A DNA stretch of 64,000 nucleotides from Cyanobacteria bacterium P01_A01_bin.123 (GCA_039815185.1 JBCBZT010000003.1:32001-96000), one strand, 5' to 3'; shown: positions 32,562 to 43,171, counted from the stretch's first letter. Notes: generated by a model from the letters alone, not told the origin. A program made the numbers and translations.

Positions 32562-33374
32562 ATGTCTTCCAAAACCCTCCGCTTGGCCAGCTTTGATGTC
32601 GGTACCGATGACCTTAAATGGTGGGCTCCGGAAATTATCGAACGCTATCCGGGTGGCTTTTACGACATGCACCAACAGCTCTTCCAGCAGGTCTGTCGCG
32701 AAAGCCAACCCAGTGACCTCGGAGGGGTTGAATTAACCGACGTCGACCTGATTAAGTTTGAACCCCGCCAAGGACAATACCCCAGCAACGAAGATCTGGA
32801 TAATCTCGACGGCATCGTGATTTCGGGTTCTGCCAGTGGTGCATACGATCAGGATGACTGGTTGCTTCGCTTACAGGAAGTGCTGCGTGACTACCATCGG
32901 CAACAGATCAAAATGTCGGGGTTTTCCTTCGCCCCTCAGATTGTGGCTCAGGCGCTCGGTGGCAAAGTCGAGCCCAACCCCCCTGGGACGGAGCTGTCTG
33001 TGGTGACAATTCGCCTTAGCACTGCTGCCCAAGCCTATTTCGGTACTGAGCGTGAATCCTATGCCATTCAGGTACACCATAACGATGGGGTTACCCAGCT
33101 TCCTCCTGGCGCAGTGTCCCTGGGCACTAGCGGTGTCACCGAATACTTGGGCTGGATGCTGGGGGGCCACATCTTAGTTTTTTCTGGCCATCCCGAATAT
33201 TCCCGCGACCCTTGGATTTTGGAGCGCATGATGTTAGTAGAGCGCAAGGATCGTCTCGTCCCGGCTCAGCTAATTGATTTTGGCTTGCGGGAGCTATGGA
33301 ACCCCACAGATTATGTCTGGCAGACCCAACAGCAGTTTAGATTTTTCCTAGGGCAATTCAACGTAAACGACTAA
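32562..33374 (+). CDS. Type 1 glutamine amidotransferase-like (gamma-glutamyl hydrolase-like) protein
   Basis: DGIVISGS, GFSFAPQIVAQALGG nucleophile elbow, HHNDGV, GHPE. Confidence 0.8.
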   Translation: MSSKTLRLASFDVGTDDLKWWAPEIIERYPGGFYDMHQQLFQQVCRESQPSDLGGVELTDVDLIKFEPRQGQYPSNEDLDNLDGIVISGSASGAYDQDDWLLRLQEVLRDYHRQQIKMSGFSFAPQIVAQALGGKVEPNPPGTELSVVTIRLSTAAQAYFGTERESYAIQVHHNDGVTQLPPGAVSLGTSGVTEYLGWMLGGHILVFSGHPEYSRDPWILERMMLVERKDRLVPAQLIDFGLRELWNPTDYVWQTQQQFRFFLGQFNVND

Positions 33375-34166
33375 TCATGCCGTTAGTTCTAAGACAACGG
33401 GGGCGTGATCACTGGGTTTTTCCAGCTTGCGGGGGGCGACATCGATCGTACAGTTGATCGCACGGTCATACAGGGGGGGAGATAAATAGTGGTGATCAAT
33501 CCGCCAGCCCAAGTTACGGCGAAAGGAGGCAGCGCGATAGTCCCACCAACTGTAGTGGCCGCCGTCTGGGGTGAATTTGCGAAAGGCATCGGCCAGTCCC
33601 AAAGACAGCAAGTCTCTCAGGGTTTCTCGTTCTTTTGGGGAAGCCATGATGTGAGTGTCCTTGCCCTCTGGATTGTGGATATCGAGGTCATCTAGGGCAA
33701 TGTTAAAGTCGCCGCAGACATGAAGCGCTGGATCTTCCTGAAGTAAAGTTGCCAGGTAAGTTTTCAATAACCCTAGCCAGCGGAGTTTGTAAGCATACTT
33801 ATCGCTGCCTATAGAAGACCCGTTGGGGACATAGAGATTTACGACGCGGGTGCCTTGGCAAATGCCTGAAATCACCCGTTTCTGGTCGTCTAAATCGCCC
33901 ACCGCTTCAGCCCCTAGAATACCCGTGAAACCATAGCTAACTGATGCTAGCGGGGCTTGGGCAATCAACGCTACGCCGTTGTAAGCCTTTTGGCCAAAGA
34001 CATAGGGATGATAGCCCAAGTCTTTAAAAGCTGCGCTTGGGAAATCAGCATCAACGACCTTGGTTTCTTGCAGGCAGAGCACATCCACTGGGTTTTCTGT
34101 GAGCCAGTCAGTGACGTGCTGCAACCGAGTGCGGATGGAATTGACGTTCCAGGTCGCGAGTTTCAT
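33375..34166 (-). CDS. xth: Exodeoxyribonuclease III
   Basis: ATWNVNSIR, LCLQETK, YNGVA, GDFNIA, WRIDH, PSDHAPV. Confidence 0.96.
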   Translation of the reverse strand: MKLATWNVNSIRTRLQHVTDWLTENPVDVLCLQETKVVDADFPSAAFKDLGYHPYVFGQKAYNGVALIAQAPLASVSYGFTGILGAEAVGDLDDQKRVISGICQGTRVVNLYVPNGSSIGSDKYAYKLRWLGLLKTYLATLLQEDPALHVCGDFNIALDDLDIHNPEGKDTHIMASPKERETLRDLLSLGLADAFRKFTPDGGHYSWWDYRAASFRRNLGWRIDHHYLSPPLYDRAINCTIDVAPRKLEKPSDHAPVVLELTA

Positions 34167-34175
34167 AGGAAGAAT

Positions 34176-34682
34176 TTAGGTTTCTAGGCGGCAGCGATCG
34201 CCTGAATCACAGGCTTCGCTAACCAGTTGCTGAGTCTGACGCCGAGCGACTAGGGTTGCCAAATCAGGACGACCCGTCAGCTTTAAGCGCCAATTGGCCC
34301 ACAGATCATAGAGCGTATCAATGATAAAGCCAATGACAGGCCATCGGGTTGGCGCATAAATCCAGCCGATGCCTAAGACGTTATAGACCTGGCGAAAGAC
34401 TTCCACATTCTGAATCACTGTGCCATCGGGATATACCGCGTGGATGCGGCCCATGGCCGTTTCAAAATCAATCCCCCCGTGCTCGGCTGGGTTGTAGTCT
34501 GCTGCTGCAATATCTACAAAGGCCACGAGCGCACGACCAGCGTCTTTCTTTTGCAAAAAATCGACCTCTCTCAGACATAGGGGACACTCGCCGTCGTACA
34601 GCAGCTTAATTTTCCAGGCTGCTTCTGATTTCCCTTGGAAATGAATCTGATTGGCCAACTGTGGATTTTTAATCGAGCCCAT
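34176..34682 (-). CDS. DCC1-like (DUF393) thiol-disulfide oxidoreductase
   Basis: LLYDGECPLC, AMGRIHA; likely start MGSIKN. Confidence 0.85.
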   Translation of the reverse strand: MGSIKNPQLANQIHFQGKSEAAWKIKLLYDGECPLCLREVDFLQKKDAGRALVAFVDIAAADYNPAEHGGIDFETAMGRIHAVYPDGTVIQNVEVFRQVYNVLGIGWIYAPTRWPVIGFIIDTLYDLWANWRLKLTGRPDLATLVARRQTQQLVSEACDSGDRCRLET

Positions 34683-34824
34683 GACATCAAAAAAATTGAA
34701 CGATACTGTGAAACTAAAAACTGTGGGATTCAGAAAAGTAATCGCGTCTACTTTTTTATTTTCTCGGAAAAGTTGGATCACTGCATGAAAAAAGATTTAT
34801 TCCCCTTGGACGAGGATGCATTAC

Positions 34825-34839
34825 CCGTATTTTTACGGA
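34825..34839. promoter_or_regulatory. Palindromic putative transcription-factor site CCGTA-TTTT-TACGG(A)
   Basis: Identical 15-mer also at 51909-51923; lies in a divergent intergenic region. Confidence 0.45.
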
Positions 34840-35204
34840 TTAATGATGTTAATTCCGTGAAATGGCTTGCCTATTGAGCAGATAGGCAGTATCTCTACTA
34901 AAATCATTAATCTCAAATCAGGTTCACATCGTTTTACAATTGGGGTCGGCGAATTTAGACTCAGCGATAGCTCATGGCTGACTCATGATGGGGATGTATT
35001 ACTGTCTGGAGGTTGGGCATAATGCGGATGGCAAAAAGGCTATGCCGTTAATAGCGGTGGGCCGCAATTTCGCCGAGTTGCCAGAGCCTGAGTCGCTGGG
35101 AAGGGTCTAGATTTGTTTGGCAATCTACTCAAGCCACTTTTGCTTGGAAAAATCTGTTTTGTCTGAGCTGCTTCGCTTTTTTATCTGTTGGGTTAGTCGG
35201 TTTT

Positions 35205-37544
35205 ATGTTCCATTTTCGTTCGAGTTCAATTCAATTGGCGATCGCGTTGGCCAGTTCTCTCGTCGGTAGTGTTTTTCTTACCCTGGAACAAGCCGTCTTA
35301 GCCGCACCCCAAATTCAATCCTCAGATGCAGCTGATGCAGCCCAGCCTGGAGGATCTAGCGATAGGGCTATGTCCCTGGCCCTTGCAGTTGAGGGACAAC
35401 ACACTGCTTTGCTGGCGATGAAACCTGATGGGGAAGAATCGGGTGAGGAATCCAGGCCAAGTACTGAAGCCAACGGGGCACCGATTCAGTTAGAAATTTC
35501 TCCGGAATCGGGTCTGTTGCGACCCAATGGCGTTACCTCCGTTGCCCCCTTGACAACGCCTGAAGCGGAGACGCCTCAAACTACCTCATCGGGAACAAAT
35601 GCTTCTGGCGGGGTTAACACTGCCCAAAGACAGCCGCTAACCTCTGAACAGCGATCGCGGCTGTTACGTCAAATGCAGCTCAACAGTGAAGATCCAGCCG
35701 ATCAAGCAGAACCACCCGGTTTAAATGTGCAGCCCGGCAACCAGCCGATTGCGCCGTTCATGGCGCTAGCCATGCGCCAAGAAATGGATAACTTGATGGG
35801 GCGCTTTGAAAGTGCTTATTTGCTCGCAGCGTCAGCCGATCAACCCAGCCAGTTGCAATTAGCTGCAGCCGCCCCAATCTTGACGGCCAGCAGCGAACCA
35901 GTAGAAGTGGCTTCTGGCCCAACCACAGCCTTGCATCCTGTGTTACTCGAAGCTCAACAACTGATGCAAGACTGGCCTAGTTTGATGGAACGGCGGGAAT
36001 ATGCAGAAGCCCGCGATCGCTGGTTAGCCATTCGGCGATCGCTGTGGGAAAACTTCCCCCTCGATCAACGCATAGCTCAACCTGAAATCCGTGCTATGTG
36101 GCTAGACCGGGGCACCATTGTAGAAGCAGGTTCAAAGCAGAGATTAGCTGAGTTGTTTGATCGCCTCCAAGCCGCTGGCATCAACACCGTCTTCTTTGAA
36201 ACTATCAATGCGGGTTATCCCATTTACCCTAGCCAGATTGCCCCCTCTCAAAATCCCCTCACTCGCCACTGGGATCCCCTTGAGGCGGCCGTTGAGTTGG
36301 CCCACGAACGGGACATGCAACTCCATGCCTGGATATGGACCTTTGCAGCGGGCAATCAACTGCACAATAGCCTGCTGAACCTGCCAACCGATTATCCTGG
36401 CCCGATTCTTAACTCTCATCCCGATTGGGCGGCCTACGATAACCAGGGCAGCATGATCCCCATTGGTCAAACCAAGCCTTTCCTAGACCCAGCCAATCCT
36501 GAAGTCCGCAGCTATCTTACCCGGTTGATTACAGAAATCGTCACCACCTACGATGTAGACGGTCTGCAACTCGACTATATTCGCTACCCGTTTCAAGATC
36601 CCAGCGCGGATCGCACCTATGGCTATGGTATTGCAGCTCGACGAGAATTCCATCGTCTAACGGGTGTAGACCCCATTAACCTATCGCCTCGTGATCGGGC
36701 TGGCGCAACTCAAGCAGAACGGGAACGGGAACGGTATTTGTGGAATCGCTGGACTGAATTTCGGATTCAGCAGGTCAGTTCTTTTGTGGCTGATGCGGCT
36801 CAGATAGCTCGGCGTCACAATCCTGATATTGTTATTTCCACCGCTGTGTTCTCAAATCCAACCCACGAACGCTTACAAAAAATTCAGCAAGACTGGGAAA
36901 CCTGGGCCGTCAATGGCAACGTCGATTGGATTGTGCTGATGAGCTATGCCCTGGACACCGCCCGCCTCGAACAACTCGCTAGTCCTTGGCTGGTGAACAG
37001 CGATTTTAACACCACGCTGGTGATTCCAGGCATTCGGCTGTTGAACCTATCAGAACCCGCTGCCATCGACCAGATTCAGGCACTGCGAGATCTGCCCACC
37101 AACGGTTATGCCCTATTTGCAACCGCTAACCTCAACCAGGCGTTTGAAACCATTCTTAACCGCACCCAAGGGCCGGCTGACTCAGATATTGCAGAACCCT
37201 TACCTCAACAGAACCCTTACCAAGCTGCCCTGTCCCGCTATCAGGCCCTCCAGCGAGAGTGGAACCTACTGCTCGCCAACCAGCAAATTATCATGGATGA
37301 AAGTAGCCTCAATCGCTGGATTACCGACGCTAATCTGCTTGAAGAAGCCTTGCAAGACCTGGCTGAAAATCCTTCAGATCGCCAACTGCGTCAAGTCCAG
37401 TCGGGCATTAACCAATTGCAGATAGATTTGCTCAGTAGTGGTATTACCCTGCGATCTGCCAGCAGCACCTATCGCCTCGAAACCTGGCAAAACCGTCTGA
37501 CCGCTTTAGAACGCCTAATTGCTTACGGCGAACAACGACAATAG
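35205..37544 (+). CDS. Glycosyl hydrolase-like 10 (GHL10/DUF187) secreted protein
   Basis: Signal peptide; EIRAMWLDRG, LHAW, FLDPANPEVR, DGLQLDYIRYP. Confidence 0.88.
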   Translation: MFHFRSSSIQLAIALASSLVGSVFLTLEQAVLAAPQIQSSDAADAAQPGGSSDRAMSLALAVEGQHTALLAMKPDGEESGEESRPSTEANGAPIQLEISPESGLLRPNGVTSVAPLTTPEAETPQTTSSGTNASGGVNTAQRQPLTSEQRSRLLRQMQLNSEDPADQAEPPGLNVQPGNQPIAPFMALAMRQEMDNLMGRFESAYLLAASADQPSQLQLAAAAPILTASSEPVEVASGPTTALHPVLLEAQQLMQDWPSLMERREYAEARDRWLAIRRSLWENFPLDQRIAQPEIRAMWLDRGTIVEAGSKQRLAELFDRLQAAGINTVFFETINAGYPIYPSQIAPSQNPLTRHWDPLEAAVELAHERDMQLHAWIWTFAAGNQLHNSLLNLPTDYPGPILNSHPDWAAYDNQGSMIPIGQTKPFLDPANPEVRSYLTRLITEIVTTYDVDGLQLDYIRYPFQDPSADRTYGYGIAARREFHRLTGVDPINLSPRDRAGATQAERERERYLWNRWTEFRIQQVSSFVADAAQIARRHNPDIVISTAVFSNPTHERLQKIQQDWETWAVNGNVDWIVLMSYALDTARLEQLASPWLVNSDFNTTLVIPGIRLLNLSEPAAIDQIQALRDLPTNGYALFATANLNQAFETILNRTQGPADSDIAEPLPQQNPYQAALSRYQALQREWNLLLANQQIIMDESSLNRWITDANLLEEALQDLAENPSDRQLRQVQSGINQLQIDLLSSGITLRSASSTYRLETWQNRLTALERLIAYGEQRQ

Positions 37545-37618
37545 TAATGCTTTGAGCCAATCATGGGCATGATAGATACTGCATCCCCTTGAATGTGTCA
37601 TGGGTCGACCCCTAACCT

Positions 37619-38947
37619 ATGCAACCCAACTGGCTTCGGTATCTCCCTCCCTTCATTCGCGCTAAGCTCAGCAGCTCAGACGTGCAAAAAGTTGTCGGCA
37701 ATACTGGCTGGCTGTTTGCCGATAAATTTATCAAAGCCGGAGGCGAACTCACTATCGGCCTCTGGATGGCGCGTTATTTGGGGCCTCAGAACTTTGGGCT
37801 ACTTAATTATGCGATCGCATTTATTAGTGTCTTTAGCGCGCCAGCATCATTAGGTTTACACAAGATAGCTGTGAGGGATATGGTTCAGCAGCCAACTTGT
37901 CGGGATGAAATATTAGGAACTGCTCTAATTCTAAGACTTTCAACAGGCCTACTGCTCGGTATCGCTGCACTGATCAGCATTGTTTATCTCAGACCTAATG
38001 ATAAAGTCGTTCATTGGATCGTAGGGGTCTCAGCAGCCGGCTTGCTTTTTCAATCTGCAGACGTCATCAGCTATTGGTTTCAATCTCAAATGCAGGCACG
38101 CTCAGATGTAATGGCTCGGAGCTCGGCTTATATGATCACAAATATAGCTAGAATCAGTCTTATATTAGGCAAAGCGAAAGTACTTTCATTTGGCTTATTG
38201 CCCTTTTTAGAAATAGTTCTACGCTGTGTTAACCTTACGGTTATATATCGTCGATTAGGATGCTCTTTGAATCAATGGAAATTCAGTTTTGATCGAGCTA
38301 GAGTTCTCTCAAAAGCTAGCTGGCCGTTGGTTTTATCTGGGATTGCGGTCACGATATACATGCGAATTGATCAGGTAATGATTGGGCAAATGCTAAGCGA
38401 TGATGCAGTAGGCATTTACTCCGCTGCCGTCAAACTTTCCGAGGCTTGGTATTTTATGCCAATGGCAATTGCAAGCTCTAGTTTTCCCATGCTATTGCGT
38501 TCCAAGGAATATGATAGCGAGCGATACAAAAAACAATTACATGACTTATTTAGAATCACACTTAGGCTCACTTATTTCATTGTAATTCCAACCTCACTAT
38601 TAGCAAATCCAATCATGACGTTATTGCTCGGGCAAGGTTACTCACTTGCTGGGAGTGTGTTGTCAATCCATATCTGGTCGGGATTATTTGTTTCACTTGG
38701 AGCAATTCGGGAATTATGGATGGCAGCAGAGGGGCTTACTCAATTCTCTTTTTTGACAACTACATCTGGTGCAATTATAAATATCCTAATAAACTATTTT
38801 CTGATACCTATAAGTGGGATAAATGGTGCAGCGATCGCAACACTTATCTCCTATGGATTCGCTATATTCTTAGCTTGTTTCATACACCCCAAAACTCGTT
38901 ATATTGCGAAAGTCATGGCATCCTCTCTAATTCTAATTAAGGTATAG
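37619..38947 (+). CDS. wzx: Wzx-type oligosaccharide flippase
   Basis: NTGWLFADK, ARYLGPQNFG, YMRIDQVMIG...VGIYSAA; many TM helices. Confidence 0.9.
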   Translation: MQPNWLRYLPPFIRAKLSSSDVQKVVGNTGWLFADKFIKAGGELTIGLWMARYLGPQNFGLLNYAIAFISVFSAPASLGLHKIAVRDMVQQPTCRDEILGTALILRLSTGLLLGIAALISIVYLRPNDKVVHWIVGVSAAGLLFQSADVISYWFQSQMQARSDVMARSSAYMITNIARISLILGKAKVLSFGLLPFLEIVLRCVNLTVIYRRLGCSLNQWKFSFDRARVLSKASWPLVLSGIAVTIYMRIDQVMIGQMLSDDAVGIYSAAVKLSEAWYFMPMAIASSSFPMLLRSKEYDSERYKKQLHDLFRITLRLTYFIVIPTSLLANPIMTLLLGQGYSLAGSVLSIHIWSGLFVSLGAIRELWMAAEGLTQFSFLTTTSGAIINILINYFLIPISGINGAAIATLISYGFAIFLACFIHPKTRYIAKVMASSLILIKV

Positions 38948-39044
38948 AGTGAAAATATAGAAAGGGCGATCTCATTAATTATCTTAAGATGCTTTAGCAA
39001 AATGTTGGGAGAATTTCAGTGCGAATATGTCAATCTTATGAACG

Positions 39045-39107
39045 CTTATCCAAGTCCAGGCCTGGAGTTTTATCGGTAGGAGAACTCCAGGCCTGGACTT
39101 GGATAAG
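39045..39107. repeat. Perfect 25-bp inverted repeat with 13-nt spacer
   Basis: CTTATCCAAGTCCAGGCCTGGAGTT-N13-AACTCCAGGCCTGGACTTGGATAAG. Confidence 0.92.
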
Positions 39108-39212
39108 GTTTAAATCTCCTGAAAAGAGCAAAGATATAAAGTCAAGATAGATATATGTCTAGCAGCATATAAATTGAATTGGCAGGTAAATAGATATTCA
39201 GTGAGGTGCAAA

Positions 39213-39893
39213 ATGGGTATGGGGAGAATGATTAAGTATGGGAGATGTCTCCAGCGAGATGCGTTTATACTGGCGAAATGTAAGGACAAGAAAATTTTAC
39301 ATGTAGGGTGTACTGACCATCCATTCTTCGAAATAAATTTACTTGAAGGGAATTTACTTCATCAAAAGGTCGCCAGTATTGATACTCAGAAATTGGTCGG
39401 TATAGACGTTGCTGGAGATGACGTATATCGTATGCAAAGCCTAAATTATGATGTACGCCTCGTCAACGCAGAGTCAATGGCTAGCGACCTCCGGTCGGAA
39501 AGATTTGATATTGTGCTTTTAGCAGATGTGATTGAGCATATTCAAAACCCCGGTATTGTTATTCGTGAATCGATGCAGCTTCTAGAGCAAGATGGAAAAA
39601 TAATCATCAGTGTTCCAAATGCTTTTGGGATAATACGATTTCTGAAAAGCTTTTTCCGCTACGAACAAGTTCACCCTGACCATATTTGTTATTATAGTTT
39701 TGCTACTCTCGAAACCTTGGCAGACAGAATGGGACTGGAGGTAATAGAAATAAACTGGTATCAGTTTGAAGCAAGAGACAAAAGGTTGATTGTCAAAATA
39801 AGTGCTTCCCTGGAACGAGTTTTTACAAGATTTTTCCCTTGGCAAGCAGAAGGCTGTATTGCATTGCTCAAAAAGAAAAACGATCTCAACTAA
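39213..39893 (+). CDS. Class I SAM-dependent methyltransferase
   Basis: ILHVGC, VGID, DVIEHIQNPG, ISVPNA. Confidence 0.85.
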   Translation: MGMGRMIKYGRCLQRDAFILAKCKDKKILHVGCTDHPFFEINLLEGNLLHQKVASIDTQKLVGIDVAGDDVYRMQSLNYDVRLVNAESMASDLRSERFDIVLLADVIEHIQNPGIVIRESMQLLEQDGKIIISVPNAFGIIRFLKSFFRYEQVHPDHICYYSFATLETLADRMGLEVIEINWYQFEARDKRLIVKISASLERVFTRFFPWQAEGCIALLKKKNDLN

Positions 39894-39925
39894 ATGCTCG
39901 GATACTTATAAATTAGAAGTAGGCG

Positions 39926-41098
39926 ATGAAAATCCTGATGGTTCACAACACTCACCTGGTACCTGGAGGCGAGGACGAGTCCTTTGCTCAAGAGAGCCAG
40001 CTGTTGAGGGAGTATGGTCATCACGTAGTGCCTTATCTGCGTAATAACGAGACGATAGCGCAACTTCCTCTTTGGAAGGTTAGCCTCCGTACCCTATGGA
40101 GTGGTGAAGATTATCAAGCTGTGCGTCAGGTAATTCGGGAGCATTGCCCAGATGTGTTGCACGTTCAAAATACCTTTCCGTTGATTTCCCCTGCTATTTT
40201 CTATGCGGCTCAGAAAGAAAGCATTCCTACGGTGATGAGCCTTCGTAACTATCGTCTGTACTGTCTGAATGCTTATTTTTTCCGAGATGGCCAGGTGTGT
40301 GAAAAATGCATTGATCAACCAGTCCCAATTTCGGGCATCCACCACAAGTGCTATCGTGATAGCCTACCTGGCTCAGTGGTCACTGCCAGCATGGTTAGCC
40401 TGCACCGACTGCTGCGCACCTATCAGCGACAGGTTGATATGTTCATTGCCTTAACGGAATTTGCTCGAAACAAATTCGCCAGCCATGGTATCCCAGGCCA
40501 CAAGCTACGAGTAAAGCCCAACTTTGTACATCCCGATCCACATGCAGGGACTGGACTAGATCAGTCAGTTCTTTATGTAGGCCGACTGTCACCAGAAAAA
40601 GGGATAGATACTTTACTAAAGGCTTGGCAGCAGATAGGCGATCGCATCCAACTCAAAATTGCGGGTTCCGGGCCACTCCAGGCTCAGGTTCAGGCTGCGG
40701 CAAACGAGAATCCTGGGATCGAGTACCTGGGACAACAGCCGATGGAGCAGATATACAATTTGCTAGGACAGGCGCAGGCGTTAATTTTTCCTTCCCTGTG
40801 GTACGAAGGTATGCCACGAACCATTGTTGAAGCTTTTGCCAAAGGCACTCCCGTAATTTCATCTTGTTTGGGTGCTATGGAAACAATGATTGAGTCGGAA
40901 CGAACAGGATTACTTTTTCGAGCGGGTGATGCGCAAGATTTAACCGCTAAAATTACCTGGATGTTGGCAAATCCAAAAAAGTGGCAAGCTATGCGTCATG
41001 AAGCACGACAAGAGTTTGAGGCATGTTATACAGCTGAGCAAAATTACCACCAACTCGTGTCGATCTATGAACAGGCACGGATTAATGCCGGAATGTAA
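39926..41098 (+). CDS. GT4 family glycosyltransferase
   Basis: GGED, YVGRLSPEKG, PSLWYEGMPRTIVEAFAKGTPVI. Confidence 0.92.
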   Translation: MKILMVHNTHLVPGGEDESFAQESQLLREYGHHVVPYLRNNETIAQLPLWKVSLRTLWSGEDYQAVRQVIREHCPDVLHVQNTFPLISPAIFYAAQKESIPTVMSLRNYRLYCLNAYFFRDGQVCEKCIDQPVPISGIHHKCYRDSLPGSVVTASMVSLHRLLRTYQRQVDMFIALTEFARNKFASHGIPGHKLRVKPNFVHPDPHAGTGLDQSVLYVGRLSPEKGIDTLLKAWQQIGDRIQLKIAGSGPLQAQVQAAANENPGIEYLGQQPMEQIYNLLGQAQALIFPSLWYEGMPRTIVEAFAKGTPVISSCLGAMETMIESERTGLLFRAGDAQDLTAKITWMLANPKKWQAMRHEARQEFEACYTAEQNYHQLVSIYEQARINAGM

Positions 41099-41871
41099 TG
41101 GAATCACGAAACATTTTAGGTAGTCGAGTAGATGGGACGAGTTATCGCGATGCTTGCGATCGCATCCAGTCTTTTGCTGAATCTAGCCAATCCAGCTATG
41201 TCATTGCAGCTAACGTTCATGTTGTGATGACCGCCTACTGGGATTTACTCTATCGCGCTATTGTCAATCAGGCGATGCTGGTAACTCCAGACGGAATGCC
41301 TTTAGTGTGGGGGCTACGATGGTTAGGCATAAAAGGGCAAACCCGAGTTTATGGGCCGGACCTAATGTTAGCTTGGTGCGGTCGTGCGACACAGTACCAA
41401 ATTCCCATCTATCTCTACGGCGGTAGTCAAGTCACTCTAGATAAGCTTGTGGCTGAACTTTTGCAGAGATTTCCTGGGTTACCTATCGTAGGCACATACT
41501 CTCCGCCATTTCGGGATTTAAGCCCCGCCGAAGAATCGGCTGACATTGACTCTATTCACCAATCGGGGGCAAGGATTGTGTTTGTGGGGTTAGGCTGTCC
41601 CAAACAAGAATTGTGGATGTCCCGACAACAAGGCAAACTAAAGGCTGTGATGATTGGGGTAGGGGCAGCTTTTGCTTTCCACAGTGGTGAAACGTCTCAG
41701 GCTCCACGCTGGATGATGCGCTTGGGCTGTGAGTGGCTTTATCGCTTTAGTCAGGAGCCGAAACGATTGTGGCAACGATATCTAATCAACAACCCAGCAT
41801 TTCTAGTCTTGTTTGCAGGGCAGTTACTGCAGACCTTCCTAAGGAGATTTCAGACCGCTTCCAAAAAATAA
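41098..41871 (+). CDS. WecB/TagA/CpsF family glycosyltransferase
   Basis: TPDGMPLVW, RVYGPDL, VGLGCPKQE, GVGAAF, EWLYRF.QEPKRLW.RY. Confidence 0.93.
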   Translation: MESRNILGSRVDGTSYRDACDRIQSFAESSQSSYVIAANVHVVMTAYWDLLYRAIVNQAMLVTPDGMPLVWGLRWLGIKGQTRVYGPDLMLAWCGRATQYQIPIYLYGGSQVTLDKLVAELLQRFPGLPIVGTYSPPFRDLSPAEESADIDSIHQSGARIVFVGLGCPKQELWMSRQQGKLKAVMIGVGAAFAFHSGETSQAPRWMMRLGCEWLYRFSQEPKRLWQRYLINNPAFLVLFAGQLLQTFLRRFQTASKK

Positions 41872-42014
41872 ACTTAGGGTTTGAGGCGATTTGGAGACTC
41901 ATAAGTCAGACTAAACGTCTGACTATTAATAGATTTGACAAAAAATCAATCATAAAAGTTCTCATTCAGCAAAGATAATAACGATCAATTTGAATATTAT
42001 TCAAGGTAGAAACA

Positions 42015-42848
42015 ATGAGACGGTTAAAGCTAACAATAGCAAGAACACCATTTTTGGGCTATGCAATTCTCTTGGTTTTTAGAGCAAATCTAGCAATTGG
42101 ATATTTTAAGAAGCCGATTTTAAATTTGCTCAGATGGTTATTGAAGTCCAAAGAAACTACCAATTTCACATTTGATTTAGAAGATCGTAACAAGCGTCAT
42201 CTAGCTTCATTGATTGCAGATGTGGCGAATATTGAATTTGATGTTGTCACTCAATACCTTGAAGAAGTTGAACAAGACGAAATATTAAAAAAACATATTT
42301 CAGATGCAACCGCTAAGAGCGATTGGCAGTTTATCGCAGACAAAGAAGCTCGATTTGGCAGAAGAGTTGGGTGGTATGCATTTGTCAGGGCTTTAAAGCC
42401 CCGAGTTGTAGTTGAAACTGGAGTAGATAAAGGCTTAGGTGCATGTGTTCTAGCATCAGCTCTGAAAAGAAATAAGGAAGAAGGTTATGAAGGTAAATAT
42501 TATGGAACGGATATAAAACCAAAAGCTGGATATCTATTGTCTGGAGACTACGCTGGTTTCGGAACCATTCTATATGGAGATTCGATTGAGTCTTTGAAAG
42601 AACTTGATTGTATGATTGATCTTTTTATTAATGATAGCGATCATTCAGCCGACTATGAAGCTATGGAGTATGAAGTAGTTGCAAATAAGTTATCTGAGCA
42701 TGCGATTATACTTGGGGATAATGCTGATTTTACAGATGCGCTTCTAAACTTTTCGTTGAAAATGAGTAGGCATTTTGTGTTTTTTAAGGAAAAGCCCTTT
42801 GAACATTGGCATCCAGGTGCTGGCATAGGCATCTCTTTTAATAGATGA
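42015..42848 (+). CDS. Class I SAM-dependent methyltransferase (Methyltransf_24-like)
   Basis: KPRVVVETGVDKG, GDS, DLFINDSDHS. Confidence 0.82.
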   Translation: MRRLKLTIARTPFLGYAILLVFRANLAIGYFKKPILNLLRWLLKSKETTNFTFDLEDRNKRHLASLIADVANIEFDVVTQYLEEVEQDEILKKHISDATAKSDWQFIADKEARFGRRVGWYAFVRALKPRVVVETGVDKGLGACVLASALKRNKEEGYEGKYYGTDIKPKAGYLLSGDYAGFGTILYGDSIESLKELDCMIDLFINDSDHSADYEAMEYEVVANKLSEHAIILGDNADFTDALLNFSLKMSRHFVFFKEKPFEHWHPGAGIGISFNR

Positions 42849-43171
42849 AGTACTCCGCAGTGCGCTGTGCCAAAGCTGTTTCATAAAGCACTATCGAGAG
42901 TGGATAAGTTTGCTTCTGGGAGATGTACTCTTATTGATTTTTAGTTAGATCTAGATTCTGAAGCGATTATTTTAGATTAAAGATTGCTCACCAGGCGAGA
43001 GTCATTCTCAAACGTTCTACTTATGGAGAAGGGTATACAAGATGAAAAAAACTAAACTGAAAGATTCTTGTTAATGGGTGGAATACTGAAGATAGGTTCA
43101 CCTTTTAGGTTTTATCTCAAACATTGTTCACAGTTGTGCAATGGCGCTTTCTCCCTCAGCTCCCCTTCACC

